DNA of 64,000 nt from a virus: the IMG/VR virus record IMGVR_UViG_3300025529_000001, positions 1-64,000 of that record, one strand, 5' to 3'. Made by a program: the position numbers and the translations under genes. This document shows, piece by piece, positions 1 to 9,371 of this stretch. The notes beneath the pieces are model-generated. The model made no database searches. It was not told the DNA's origin and saw nothing but the letters and a program-made list of their open reading frames with translations. Each line of letters begins with the position of its first letter. Position 1 is the stretch's first letter.

Positions 1-1
1 A

Positions 2-556
2 GAGAGATATGGCATTCGTGGAGATATTGCGTTCTGTCAGTCAATCATTGAAACTGGATGGTTTAAGTTTGATGATGGAACAGCTGTAACGCCAGACCAA
101 CACAATTACTGTGGATTAGGTGTAACTAGCAAAGGTATTAAAGGTCATTCATTCCCTACTGTAAAAGATGGCGTAACTGCTCAAATTCAACATTTATTCG
201 CTTACGCTACAAAAGACAATCTTCCAGAAGGAGAAGAAATCATTGACCCACGATTTAAGTATGTGTCTCGTGGAGTAGCACCACATTGGGAAGACCTAAA
301 TATGAAGTGGGCAATGAATGATAATTATGGTCAACATATTATATCTATCTATGACCAACTAAATAAATTTGAATACTCTCTACCTACGGAAGAGCCAGAA
401 GAGGAAAAGGAGACTAACCCTTCCGATGACCTTCCTAAAGAAGATAATAAGGATGAACAAGATTTAGAAAAAGAAAAACAATTTAAGTTCTGGACTAGAG
501 TTATTGATTATTTGATTGATAAGCTCGCTAAATTGTTTGGCATTAAAAAGAAGTGA
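2..556 (+). CDS. Peptidoglycan hydrolase (glucosaminidase-domain endolysin), 5' end outside window
   Basis: ORF open from the window edge in frame 2. Translation ...RYGIRGDIAFCQSIIETGWFKFDDGTAVTPDQHNYCGLGV... fits the N-acetylglucosaminidase (LytD/FlgJ-type) domain signature. Membrane/holin-like genes follow. Confidence 0.65.
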   Translation, partial: ERYGIRGDIAFCQSIIETGWFKFDDGTAVTPDQHNYCGLGVTSKGIKGHSFPTVKDGVTAQIQHLFAYATKDNLPEGEEIIDPRFKYVSRGVAPHWEDLNMKWAMNDNYGQHIISIYDQLNKFEYSLPTEEPEEEKETNPSDDLPKEDNKDEQDLEKEKQFKFWTRVIDYLIDKLAKLFGIKKK

Positions 557-624
557 CATCTAGGTTAAAGGGTTATTGGTGAAAAAGGGGTTGCTAAATT
601 CGACACAGAATAGGAGGAATAGAG

Positions 625-960
625 ATGGAATGGTTATTAGCTGTATTAGCTGATTCAGCTTGGATAACTGCTATCTCTGCTCTTATCGGGTCGTTTGTTA
701 CTCTCCTAATTACAAAGAGTAACAATGGGAAAGAACTAGCAATCAGCGATAGAATGCAACTTTCTAAAGACCAATATCAACTTATTGCAGAGCTTCGTCA
801 AATGTTGTTGGAGCAAAGAGATGAGATTGATAGTTTAAGAGAAGAGATAAGGCAATTACAGGATGTCAACATCAATCTTACTATTGAAAACAGACAACTT
901 CAACAAAAAATTCAAGAATTAAATATCAGGTTAGAACAGTTTAAAAAGGGAGACAAATAA
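625..960 (+). CDS. Membrane-anchored coiled-coil protein, possible BhlA/holin-like lysis accessory
   Basis: N-terminal TM helix (LLAVLADSAWITAISALIGSFVTLLI) followed by a heptad-rich coiled coil. RBS AGGAGGA upstream. Located between lysin and holin. Confidence 0.45.
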   Translation: MEWLLAVLADSAWITAISALIGSFVTLLITKSNNGKELAISDRMQLSKDQYQLIAELRQMLLEQRDEIDSLREEIRQLQDVNINLTIENRQLQQKIQELNIRLEQFKKGDK

Positions 961-973
961 TAATTATATGAAA

Positions 974-1002
974 ATTATACCACGCCTGTTGATATTTGTC
1001 AA
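974..1002 (-). promoter_or_regulatory. Consensus SigA-type promoter oriented antisense to the lysis genes
   Basis: Reverse complement reads TTGACA-aatatcaacaggcgtgg(17)-TATAAT with TGg extended -10. Same form as the minus-strand early promoters elsewhere. No plausible minus-strand ORF downstream. Confidence 0.5.
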
Positions 1003-1035
1003 TGGGCGTGAGAAAAAATAAGGAGTGAATTTTAA

Positions 1036-1377
1036 ATGGAATCAATTCAAGCAGAATTAATTAACTTGGTCATTGTTGTTATTACAGCACTTGTAGGTTG
1101 GGTGGCTCAAAAAGTTACAGCATATTTTAAAGAAAAAGGTTTAATCACTAAATTAGAGACCAATAAAGAATTAGTTCGTATTGTAGTTAATGCTGTTGAG
1201 CAAACATATAAACATCTTGATGGAGACGAAAAATTAAAAGTAGCTAAAATTGAATTAGTGAAGTTAATGAATGAGAAGAAAATTAAAATATCCGAGAAAG
1301 AGATTGATACGCTAATTGAAAGTGCTGTCAAAGAAATGAATGACGTAATCAAAAAAGAATTAAATAAAGATAAATAA
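1036..1377 (+). CDS. Holin-like protein (LL-H-type architecture)
   Basis: 113 aa with a single N-terminal TM helix (LINLVIVVITALVGWVA) and a charged C-terminal tail. AAGGAG RBS upstream. Adjacent to the lysin. Confidence 0.5.
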   Translation: MESIQAELINLVIVVITALVGWVAQKVTAYFKEKGLITKLETNKELVRIVVNAVEQTYKHLDGDEKLKVAKIELVKLMNEKKIKISEKEIDTLIESAVKEMNDVIKKELNKDK

Positions 1378-1410
1378 TTGATAAAATAGTGCTTTTATCA
1401 AATTATTAAT

Positions 1411-1447
1411 CCCTTCTATAATCATCTCTATAGAGGGGATTTTTTAT
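1411..1447 (+). terminator. Rho-independent terminator after the holin gene
   Basis: Stem CCCTTCTATA/TATAGAGGGG (one G.U pair) followed by a T-run. Confidence 0.7.
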
Positions 1448-1462
1448 TTTTGATAAAATCTA

Positions 1463-1491
1463 TTGACAAAACATAGAATATTATATATACT
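1463..1491 (+). promoter_or_regulatory. SigA-type promoter for the 1536..2021 gene
   Basis: TTGACA-17 nt-TATACT on the + strand, 45 nt upstream of the ATG at 1536 (RBS AAGGAG). Confidence 0.6.
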
Positions 1492-1535
1492 AATTCTTGT
1501 AAGTAAAACAAAAACATTTAAGGAGATGAAGTTTA

Positions 1536-2021
1536 ATGTTAACAACAGTTAAAACAGGTGATATAAAGCCTAAAAAATGGGATAAGCTTGAAGGTCAATT
1601 AGAGGATTTCATTAGAAGCCATATGAATCAAAATGGTCAAATCACTAAATCTCTAAGCGAACTGTTTAGAGAGTTTGCTAAAACTCACAACACTACAGTT
1701 AGTTCAACATCTTTTTATTATTACAATAGTGGATTAAAAGAGCGTATTTTTGGTTCAAACGAGCCGAACAATACAGAAGAAATTAATGTAGACAATAATA
1801 GTGAAGAGTTAAATATTGACGGAGAAATCGAAAGATTAATCAAATATATCAAAGACAACTTCAATATAGATGTTAGCGAAGATTCTGCTTCAATAATTAA
1901 AGAAATGGTTAAAGAAGCAGGTGTAGTATCTACGCTATTGACAATCAATGAAGTAATCGAAGATTATGATAAATTAGATATGTCATTTATTATTGTAAGA
2001 GAAGCTAAGTCAAGATTATAA
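1536..2021 (+). CDS. Hypothetical protein
   Basis: 161-aa ORF with RBS AAGGAGATGA upstream. No recognisable motif. Confidence 0.5.
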   Translation: MLTTVKTGDIKPKKWDKLEGQLEDFIRSHMNQNGQITKSLSELFREFAKTHNTTVSSTSFYYYNSGLKERIFGSNEPNNTEEINVDNNSEELNIDGEIERLIKYIKDNFNIDVSEDSASIIKEMVKEAGVVSTLLTINEVIEDYDKLDMSFIIVREAKSRL

Positions 2022-2024
2022 AAA

Positions 2025-2050
2025 TATATCCCCTCTATTGAGGGGATATA
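2025..2050. terminator. Bidirectional terminator at the convergence of + and - transcription units
   Basis: Perfect palindrome TATATCCCCTC-tatt-GAGGGGATATA flanked by A/T runs on both sides. Lies between the + gene ending at 2021 and the - gene ending at 2055. Confidence 0.75.
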
Positions 2051-2054
2051 TAGT

Positions 2055-2585
2055 TTACATAATTTCAATCTTTTCAGTTTCGATTACGAAGTTGAAAGTG
2101 AATTTATTATTTTCTTCTAATATTCTTCTCATTTCTTCTGCGTAATTTTCTTTTATGTGCTTCTCAAATTGTCTAATAATATCTCTTTTAAGTTTCTCAT
2201 TCATGTTCTCCATCGTTTCTTCATCACCTTTAACTATTTTAAAAATATATCTGTAGCAATTTGTTTCGCCATTAGTATAATGAATTTCAAATTCATTATT
2301 TAAATTATATGTAATATTATTATATGTAATTTCTACATCATACTTTACAGCTACAGAGTGTGAATGATAAATGTCAAAGAAGCTATGTATACTTCTGTTG
2401 TAATCACCAGTTCTTTCTTTCCATTCTTCGAATGATTCCTCATTTTCTTTTACAAGAAATCCGTAAGTTCCTTTACAATGGAGTTCAATCATATTCTCTT
2501 TCTTTTTATCTCTCTTTTTAAGCTCTTCGATTTTCTGTTCCTCTTTCGTCATCTTATAATTTTTCTTTCTAAACAAACCTAGCAT
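2055..2585 (-). CDS. Hypothetical protein
   Basis: 176-aa ORF, lysine/glutamate-rich N-terminus, no recognised motif. Confidence 0.5.
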   Translation of the reverse strand: MLGLFRKKNYKMTKEEQKIEELKKRDKKKENMIELHCKGTYGFLVKENEESFEEWKERTGDYNRSIHSFFDIYHSHSVAVKYDVEITYNNITYNLNNEFEIHYTNGETNCYRYIFKIVKGDEETMENMNEKLKRDIIRQFEKHIKENYAEEMRRILEENNKFTFNFVIETEKIEIM

Positions 2586-2604
2586 ACTTATCTCCCCTTA
2601 ATGT

Positions 2605-3168
2605 TTATTTTTTCATTTTAGGTTTTATTAACTTTTTAATTTCAGATAATTTAGGTTTCTCCCATTCTATCAAACCTTTATCAACTAAGAAACATAGTGC
2701 TACAGCGAACGAATCAGATTCGTCATCGTTTTTAAAAGTTATATCATTATATTTTGTTTTTATTGCAATAGAAACCATCTCTTTTGAAGCATTTCCATGA
2801 ATTATAGTAGCTTTAACAGATTTTGGTGCGTATAAATATTGTGGCACATTCCATAATGCCTTTTGTATGACTCCTGTAGCTTTGGCGATAGTTTGTGTTT
2901 CATTTTGGAATCTACTAAACATTCTCTCTATTGCAACTATGTAAGGAGGGTATTCTTCTATTATACCCTCAATCCAATCGGATATTTTCTTTAATTTTAC
3001 CGCATTGAGATGCAAGCCTTTATTTTCTTTTGTGGCATATATTTTTTGTGTACTAAAACTGTCGATAAATACAAACTCTTTACTGTCTAGGTCGTATATT
3101 GTTATACCTGTATTTTTAAGACTAATGTCTAGTCCGTATAAATATCTATTACCCATTGACACCATCAT
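2605..3168 (-). CDS. RuvC-like Holliday junction resolvase
   Basis: YGLDISLKNTGITIYD (RuvC motif I Asp), VAIERMF (Glu) and DESDSFAVALC (C-terminal acidic motif), in RuvC order and size. Confidence 0.7.
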   Translation of the reverse strand: MMVSMGNRYLYGLDISLKNTGITIYDLDSKEFVFIDSFSTQKIYATKENKGLHLNAVKLKKISDWIEGIIEEYPPYIVAIERMFSRFQNETQTIAKATGVIQKALWNVPQYLYAPKSVKATIIHGNASKEMVSIAIKTKYNDITFKNDDESDSFAVALCFLVDKGLIEWEKPKLSEIKKLIKPKMKK

Positions 3169-3331
3169 CTTCTGCCTTCATATAGTTGTAGCATGAATAA
3201 TGATATACGTTCTTGCCATCTTCTACATATAATTGGTCGTTGTGTACTTCTTTATCACAGCAAGGGCATTTACCTAAATTTTCCCTCTTGATAAATGTAA
3301 ATTTCTTTATATCTTCTTTGTTGAATCGCAT
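3149..3331 (-). CDS. Small zinc-ribbon protein
   Basis: 60 aa with CPCC...H..C spacing (GKCPCCDKEVH...YHYSCY). Confidence 0.45.
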   Translation of the reverse strand: MRFNKEDIKKFTFIKRENLGKCPCCDKEVHNDQLYVEDGKNVYHYSCYNYMKAEDDGVNG

Positions 3332-3371
3332 TACTAAAACCCCTCTTCATCTTTATACATCATTTCCATTT

Positions 3372-3410
3372 AGTTAAAAAATATACTAGACAGTATCTCT
3401 ACCGTCTAGT
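3372..3410 (-). terminator. Hairpin plus U-run immediately downstream of the 3414..3442 promoter
   Basis: Minus sense reads ACTAGAC-12 nt loop-GTCTAGT followed by ATATTTTTT. The 5' arm starts 3 nt after the -10 box. Confidence 0.5.
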
Positions 3411-3413
3411 ATT

Positions 3414-3442
3414 ATTATAACACACTTCCAGATTGTTGTCAA
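3414..3442 (-). promoter_or_regulatory. SigA-type promoter
   Basis: Minus strand reads TTGACA-17 nt-TATAAT with TGt extended -10, directly after the polymerase stop codon. Confidence 0.6.
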
Positions 3443-3446
3443 GTAG

Positions 3447-5071
3447 TTATCTATTTGCTCTTCTGATTATTTTGCATTTGTTTAAGTGTGGCTCAATCTT
3501 ATTTTTGTCCTCAACCCATTTACCATCTATACGTTTCCAACCGTAACGGTTCTCAATGTCTAAAATTTGAATAATGTCGCCTTTATACAGAAGATATTCG
3601 TCATTGATAAAGAATTTCTTCTTATCAACTTTAACCAACACTTCTTCACCTGTTTTAACTTTATATAAAGTAAGCACAGGTTTGTATTTAGTGTTTACAT
3701 CTAATACAAGCACAACATTATCTGGTAATTGAGGATATGTAGAAACTGCATAACCTAAATTATCTTTCTCAAACCTGATTTGTTCATACAACTCAATTTT
3801 GCGTGGTGGATTAGCTCTTACAGCTTTCTCATACTCACGAATATTTTGTAGTCGTACTTGCTTAGTTGCTTCTTTGAGGTCAATTCCGTATTTTAAAGGT
3901 CTCTTAACAATTTTAGTCTTAGTAGTTACTTCTCCTGTTCTTTTGTTAACTTTTTCTTCTACAACCTCTTTATCGGCAAATTCTGGGTACATTACAGTAT
4001 TTGCTTTCTTTTTGTCTGCCATTGTTAGATAAACTTCAAGTAATACTTCTTTTGCACCAAATTCCTTGAAGAAATCAAGTCTGATTAAGATTTCCATTTG
4101 ACGAGTATCTACAGATGTATGTTCGAAAATATCCTTTAATAATCCTGCAAAGTCGTTTCGGTCATATTCGTTGTTTTGTGCCAATTCATACAACTCTTCT
4201 GCAACTTTCTTATTCAAGAATTTAATTGAAGCAATGCCTTTATAGATTGTTTGCTCTTCACGATTAAAGTTATAGAATGACCGAGACTTTCCAAATTCAA
4301 TAGGTTTGATTGTGATTCCACGTTTTTTAGCGTAGTTCATAATCTTACCTGTTTTCTCTTTATCGTCATCTTGTAAGTTCAAGATTACAGTTAGAAACTC
4401 TAGTGGATAATGGTGTCTTAACCATGCACCTATATAACCAATGTAGCTATATGGTGTACTATGGTTAAGAGAGAATCCATAGTTACTAGCATCAGCAATA
4501 ACTTGCAAGAATGATTCAAGAATTTCTTCTGCGTGTTCTTTTGTCTCTCCGTAATTCTCTGTCATATGCTTAATGAAACCATCATGAATTTTAGGTAGAT
4601 ACTGCTCTGTACCTTTCTTCTTAGCAAGACCCCTACGCACAGTATCTGATTCTGCACCTGTATGATTGGCGAAATCGGTCAAGAAATGCATGATTTGTTC
4701 TTGGAAGATTAGGTAGCCTAGAGTATCTTTTAATGATTCATTTAATGCATGGTGTCCATTATCTTTTGGTACACCTTTTGCAAGTTCATGACGATAACTG
4801 TCACCAGATGGTCGAATTGCACCATTAGCCATAGAAAGCAAGTCAATATAGTCAACTTCTCCAACATTTTTTCTAATGTTTTCGAGAGTTTCATCACTGA
4901 ATAGTTGTTTTACATAGGCGTGAGCACTTGCACTCTCAAATTGAAATACTCCGAGCGTAGATTCTCTTAAAGATTTCCAAACTTCCATATCATTAGTATC
5001 AATGTTGTCTGGTGTTAATCTTTCGATACCTGCTAGCTTACAAGTTTCATTGATTAATTCAATATTGTCTA
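3447..5071 (-). CDS. dnaE: DNA polymerase III alpha-like (DnaE-type) polymerase, exon 3 of 3
   Basis: Contains GVFQFES and downstream DnaE-type finger and beta-binding/OB region. The frame stays open upstream of the first Met to 5078. The junction KLDILG-L/DNIELINE restores the DnaE DFLGL motif, with U ending the upstream exon and G ending the intron. Confidence 0.8.
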
Positions 5072-5486
5072 CAATTTGTTACTATTACCTGTTTACTTTA
5101 ATTTATTGTTTTAACGCATTTTCTATTTAAAATTCTTCTTTTGAATATTTTGCTCTACTTAAATTATTCACCTCATCATTTAATGGAAGATATAAATATT
5201 AAATTATTAAGTAAACAGGTAACGGATGAGTCATTTCTGCTCATCTCTCTGCCTTTCGGTCAGAGTTCAGACTATATCATTCGGCATGTTTCACAACATT
5301 CCTAGTGGGGTTCTACTATATCATCGCTGATATAGTAGTCGGATATTCCGATAGTCGTTGAGGGTGGATTCAAGCTATCCTTCCCTGCTGATTGCCCATT
5401 ATTACATCCTTTAGATTATCACACTATGGTACTAAAGGCTTTAGGGGTTTTCAGCATATAACCCACTTTTACTAGGGCTAAACTTT
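5072..5486 (-). mobile_element. ORF-less group I-like intron in the polymerase gene (intron 2)
   Basis: 415-nt ORF-free, locally GC-enriched insert between in-frame DnaE segments. Shares conserved blocks with the nrdE intron at 25236..25593, e.g. gtagtcgttgagggt and ccctgctgattrcccatt. Confidence 0.7.
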
Positions 5487-5922
5487 ACCCTAAAATATCA
5501 AGTTTCACATAATTCTCACCATCTAATTCTCCCATGTTTACAGATGTAACACGATATTTACTTTCTTTCGTGTAAACTGTTGAAACATTAGCATCTAGGT
5601 CGATAGGAGAAACAACAAATCCAGATGGATGACTACCCATTGCAAAGATTACACCATTCAATAAATCAACATATTTAAACAATTCTGGATAACGATTTCT
5701 GTAAGTTTCATCAATATGGTCTTTACCATTAAATTTCTCAACAGCTTTAGCTATTTGGTCAACTTCGCTTAATGGCATATCTAAAGCTCGACCAATCTCA
5801 CGAATCGCCCCTTTTAGTGCAAACGTGTTAAATGTAATAATTTCTGCAAAGTCAATACCTTCAATACTTGCTAAGAAATCAATAACTTCTTGTCTGCGAC
5901 TAGGTGGAAAGTCAACATCTAT
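5487..5922 (-). CDS. dnaE: DNA polymerase III alpha-like polymerase, exon 2 of 3
   Basis: Translation IDVDFPPSRRQEVIDFLASIEG...ITFNTFALKGAIREIGRAL...VKLDILG matches the DnaE palm region (PDxDxDF ... ITFGT ... DFLGL). Confidence 0.8.
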
Positions 5923-6795
5923 CCTTTTTACCCTCTCTTTCGAGATACTTTAACACTTCTCTAGGGAAGTGGGAGTAGACTATATCTTCACCCCTTAACA
6001 CCTAATTGTGTCAGTTGGGTGTCCTGCTCTTCGAGTGGTAGCCTATCTTCCACCCTACATAATAGTCGTTACACCTTCTCTAATCTAAAAACATCCATTT
6101 ATATCCGCCACAAGTATGTTGCCTTCCATTCAAACATGCTGATATATTTTTATATCCGACATTCAAAATTTTATCAGCATCTCTAGCAGAATTGAAATAT
6201 AACTCTTCTCCTGTTTCAATATTTATAGCTTTGATTTTCTTAGCAACATTATTCAATCCCTCTTTTACAGCATGATGATTATTGTACTTATATGTACACC
6301 ATTCCAAATTGTCTAAGTTATTATTCAATTTATTACCATCTTTATGATTAATGATAGGATAGTTGTTGGGATTTGGTATAAAATGTATTGCTAAAAGTCT
6401 ATGAAGTAAGTAATTTTTACTCTTACCATTTTTTGATAATCTAACTGTATAATATCCGTTATGATTAATAGACTTTTTAAGCAACCTTTCTTTATATGTA
6501 TAATATGTGTGACCGTTCCACAGTAATCTTTCTAGCGATTTTACATTTCCTAGATTAGATATTTGATAAATACCCTCATGTCCTTTTATATCTTTCCATA
6601 TTTCATTCATAAAAATCACCTTAACACATTTATTATGTCGGATTAAGTTTTTAGATTAGAGCTTGGCTCGGTATTGTCCACCGACCTTTACGGTTTGGAG
6701 TTTTACCGATAGCACCTTTTATAAGGCACACCGCTAGGCAATAGCGTTCACAGGATTTTCACTAATACATTACTGTATTAGGCGACATTTAACAT
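5923..6795 (-). mobile_element. Group I-like intron with HNH homing endonuclease ORF (polymerase intron 1)
   Basis: 873-nt insert splitting ...RVSLPD | IDVDF... (DnaE motif PDxDxDF). The exon ends in U and the intron ends in G. Flanks of the HEG ORF are structured and GC-richer. Confidence 0.7.
6080..6610 (-). CDS. HNH homing endonuclease (NUMOD4 / I-HmuI-like), intron-encoded
   Basis: MNEIWKDIKGHEGIYQISNLGNVKS (NUMOD4-like), HRLLAIHFIPNP...INHKDGNKLNNNLDNLEW (HNH), and a C-terminal NUMOD1/IENR-like GGYKW. RBS AAGGTGA lies 5 nt before the ATG at 6610. Confidence 0.8.
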   Translation of the reverse strand: MNEIWKDIKGHEGIYQISNLGNVKSLERLLWNGHTYYTYKERLLKKSINHNGYYTVRLSKNGKSKNYLLHRLLAIHFIPNPNNYPIINHKDGNKLNNNLDNLEWCTYKYNNHHAVKEGLNNVAKKIKAINIETGEELYFNSARDADKILNVGYKNISACLNGRQHTCGGYKWMFLD

Positions 6796-8052
6796 ATCGG
6801 GTAGACTGACTCGGTCTGGGTTTAAAAATCTAAAGAAATTTAATTTATGCTTAATCGAATCCATTTCTGTAATACCTAAGATGTAAGCTATTAAACTACC
6901 GTTTACAGACCCACGACCATAACCTTGATAGATACCATTCTCATGACACCAATCAATAATGTGTTTTTGCAAAAGCATGTAATCAACTGCGTTCAGTTTA
7001 ATATATGTGTCAAATTCCTCTTTTATTCTATCAAAATATTGTTTTTTCTTTTTAGAAGGGAATTTATCGATACCACGCTTTTTAACACCTTCATTAATTT
7101 TTTCCTTAAATACTTCAATTGGATTGTCATATAGCTTTGGATATTTAGGTGTTTTATCTAATTTAAATTCCTCTACCATATCAGCCATAACATTTGTATT
7201 ATGGATGGCTTCTAAGTAGATGTGCCTTGGTAAAACACCTTGCTCTTCAAACATTCTTACAAGCTCTTCATATGACTTAAATGTTAAATCAAACGAATCT
7301 TCATCTCCATATGTGGCATCTTTAGCTTTCAAAAATAATTTACGTGCTTGTGCGTGTTCACGATTCAATGCGTGAGTATCTGTTCCTGCAATTAAAGGAA
7401 TATTTAATTCTTTTGACAATCTTAGCAACATTTGATTAAATTTTTTTTGTTGTGGATGGTTGTGATACTGTACTTCAAAAAACATTCTATGTTTGTTGTC
7501 GCCCATCCAATTCAATAAATCATCAAATTCTCTTAAAGCTTCTCTATCTTTAATACCGATTTCACTATACGCTTTGTTATACAATCTCCATAATGGCGAA
7601 GCGATACAGGCAGAAGTCATTAAAATGTTGTCCGATGTGCTTTTTAACTCATCAAAAGTTATTCGTGGGTTGTAATAAAAGTGACCATCTTCACGATTAA
7701 ATGATTTTGAAGTTAAGTCATTTAATTCTAACACACCATCATAGTTTTTCGCAATAAGCATATAGTGAAAATTATCACGAATCTTAATCGGATTACCTTC
7801 GTCATCCTTATCAATTTTTTGCGTTAAGTAAATTTCGTTTGCGTGTATGTACTTCATTCCTGCATTTTCAATAGCTTTCTTTTTCTCAATCCAATTCATC
7901 ACACTACCATGTTCTGAAATCGCCATAGACTGCATTCCAAGTTCTTTAGCTCTTTCAATGTAGTCGGTGTACTTTGTGATAGAATCTGCACCTGTTCCTG
8001 CTGTCAAGTTACTAATATCACTATGTATGTGATAAATTGTGTAGTTATCCAT
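6796..8052 (-). CDS. dnaE: DNA polymerase III alpha-like polymerase, exon 1 of 3 (PHP domain)
   Basis: N-terminal PHP motif YHIHSDISNL...AISEHGS...GTDTHA, ending ...FLNPDRVSLPD as in the DnaE RFLNPERVSMPD motif. Confidence 0.8.
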
Positions 8053-8074
8053 TAAGTTGACACCTTCCCTTTAA

Positions 8075-8692
8075 TTATAATGTAAAATGCTCTAACTCCA
8101 TCAACTCTCTTCTAATGTTTTCAAGTTTATCTTTATGTAATTTAATGTTTTCATCATCTTTATTTTTGATAGATTCGTTTAAAGAATCTAACACGTTATC
8201 CATTTCAACTTTAAGTTCTTCAATTCTGTTATCTGTTTTTGTGTCATTTAGAATTGCATTAATTTCTTTGATTCCAAATTTTTTAGATTTCATCTTTGCT
8301 TTTACAGGTCTCGAAGATTTGTTTGTTGACATTAATTCATTCTTTTTCTCACCTATAAGCCTCGGCTTTTTAACATCGTCTAAAATAACATGCTCGATAT
8401 TATCTGGAATATCTTTAAATCCACGTGCAATACGCTCTCTAATAATGTAATCCATTAAAATTCTGTAGTCCTTAGATTTGAAATCTGCAACTTTAACAAG
8501 TTCTTCATGAATCATGTTCTCAATTTTAGGATTTTTAAGTATAGGGTAAATTAACACAATCTCGTAATCTACATCAATATCTTTTTCATTTGCTGCTAAA
8601 AAATCAATAAAGTCTGTAACCATGTAGTAATGTGCATCCCCCAACAACTTCAACCTAACAATATCTCCAACGTTAAATCTTTTATTATTCAC
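8075..8692 (-). CDS. Hypothetical protein
   Basis: 205-aa ORF with a coiled-coil-like C-terminus. No recognised motif. Confidence 0.5.
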   Translation of the reverse strand: MNNKRFNVGDIVRLKLLGDAHYYMVTDFIDFLAANEKDIDVDYEIVLIYPILKNPKIENMIHEELVKVADFKSKDYRILMDYIIRERIARGFKDIPDNIEHVILDDVKKPRLIGEKKNELMSTNKSSRPVKAKMKSKKFGIKEINAILNDTKTDNRIEELKVEMDNVLDSLNESIKNKDDENIKLHKDKLENIRRELMELEHFTL

Positions 8693-8774
8693 GCTTATCC
8701 CTCCTTTTAATATAGAAGTAACCTGATATATTTATATTATAACAGGTTATCGTCCAAATATCAACATTAAATTA

Positions 8775-9356
8775 TTATTTTTTATGCTTATCAACTTCTC
8801 TCAAAAAACATGGATAACAGACGCTTTTATATTCTTGGTCTCCCACGTGAATTGGTTCACCTTTGGTAACTAGTTTACCATTTATGTATAACAAATGATT
8901 TGTTGCCTTCGAGTTACAGAAATCACATTGTATCTTTAATTCATGCAATGTAAAACCACATTCAATAGCCTTTTTAGCACCTTCAAATAAATTGCCCTTA
9001 TAGTCTAATAAAAGACCGTATGCAAATATATGTTTGTCAAAGTCAATAGAAATTTTTGCTAACTCTTCAACTTGGTGTGCCTTCATAAATTGCAGTTCAT
9101 CTATAAATATATAATTAACTTTTGAATTGTTTTCAATAATATTATACATAAAACCTTTGGCATCGCTAGGTACTACAATGGCTTTTCTTTCTTCGTCTAA
9201 TGCTCTTGACCTAACTACACCCTCATCTCTTGTATCAATAGAAGGTTTGAAAACAATTACATTCTTTCCTTGTCGCTCCAAGTTAAACGCTTGAATTAAT
9301 AACTGTGCAGATTTAGAAGCATTCATCGTTCCATAAAAAAGATTTCTTTTACCCAT
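8775..9356 (-). CDS. tdk: Thymidine kinase
   Basis: P-loop-like GTMNASKSAQLL, FIDELQF, and C-terminal zinc cysteines CDFC...CYPC, in TK1-family order. Confidence 0.8.
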   Translation of the reverse strand: MGKRNLFYGTMNASKSAQLLIQAFNLERQGKNVIVFKPSIDTRDEGVVRSRALDEERKAIVVPSDAKGFMYNIIENNSKVNYIFIDELQFMKAHQVEELAKISIDFDKHIFAYGLLLDYKGNLFEGAKKAIECGFTLHELKIQCDFCNSKATNHLLYINGKLVTKGEPIHVGDQEYKSVCYPCFLREVDKHKK

Positions 9357-9371
9357 ATCATTTACCCCTTC

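Noticed and set aside
3799-4032. Numerous + strand ORFs of 60-140 aa lying inside long minus-strand genes. Examples: 3799..4032, 6925..7219, 8115..8450, 10878..11192, 14449..14745, 15508..15840, 21669..21980, 30332..30682, 34798..35214, 35253..35516, 43885..44175, 53645..54001, 59721..60163.
   Set aside because: They are antisense shadows of well-supported genes. They have low-complexity, Ser/Leu/Phe/Ile-rich translations typical of AT-rich antisense frames, no RBS, and no promoter on the + strand.
5072-6795. Whether the interruptions in the polymerase, nrdE and nrdJ genes are inteins, or simply separate subunit genes.
   Set aside because: The inserts contain in-frame stops and long non-coding structured stretches. 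The flanking segments rejoin exactly within conserved motifs at U|...G boundaries. The endonuclease ORFs are free-standing with their own RBS. This fits introns, not inteins. Splicing itself remains untested.
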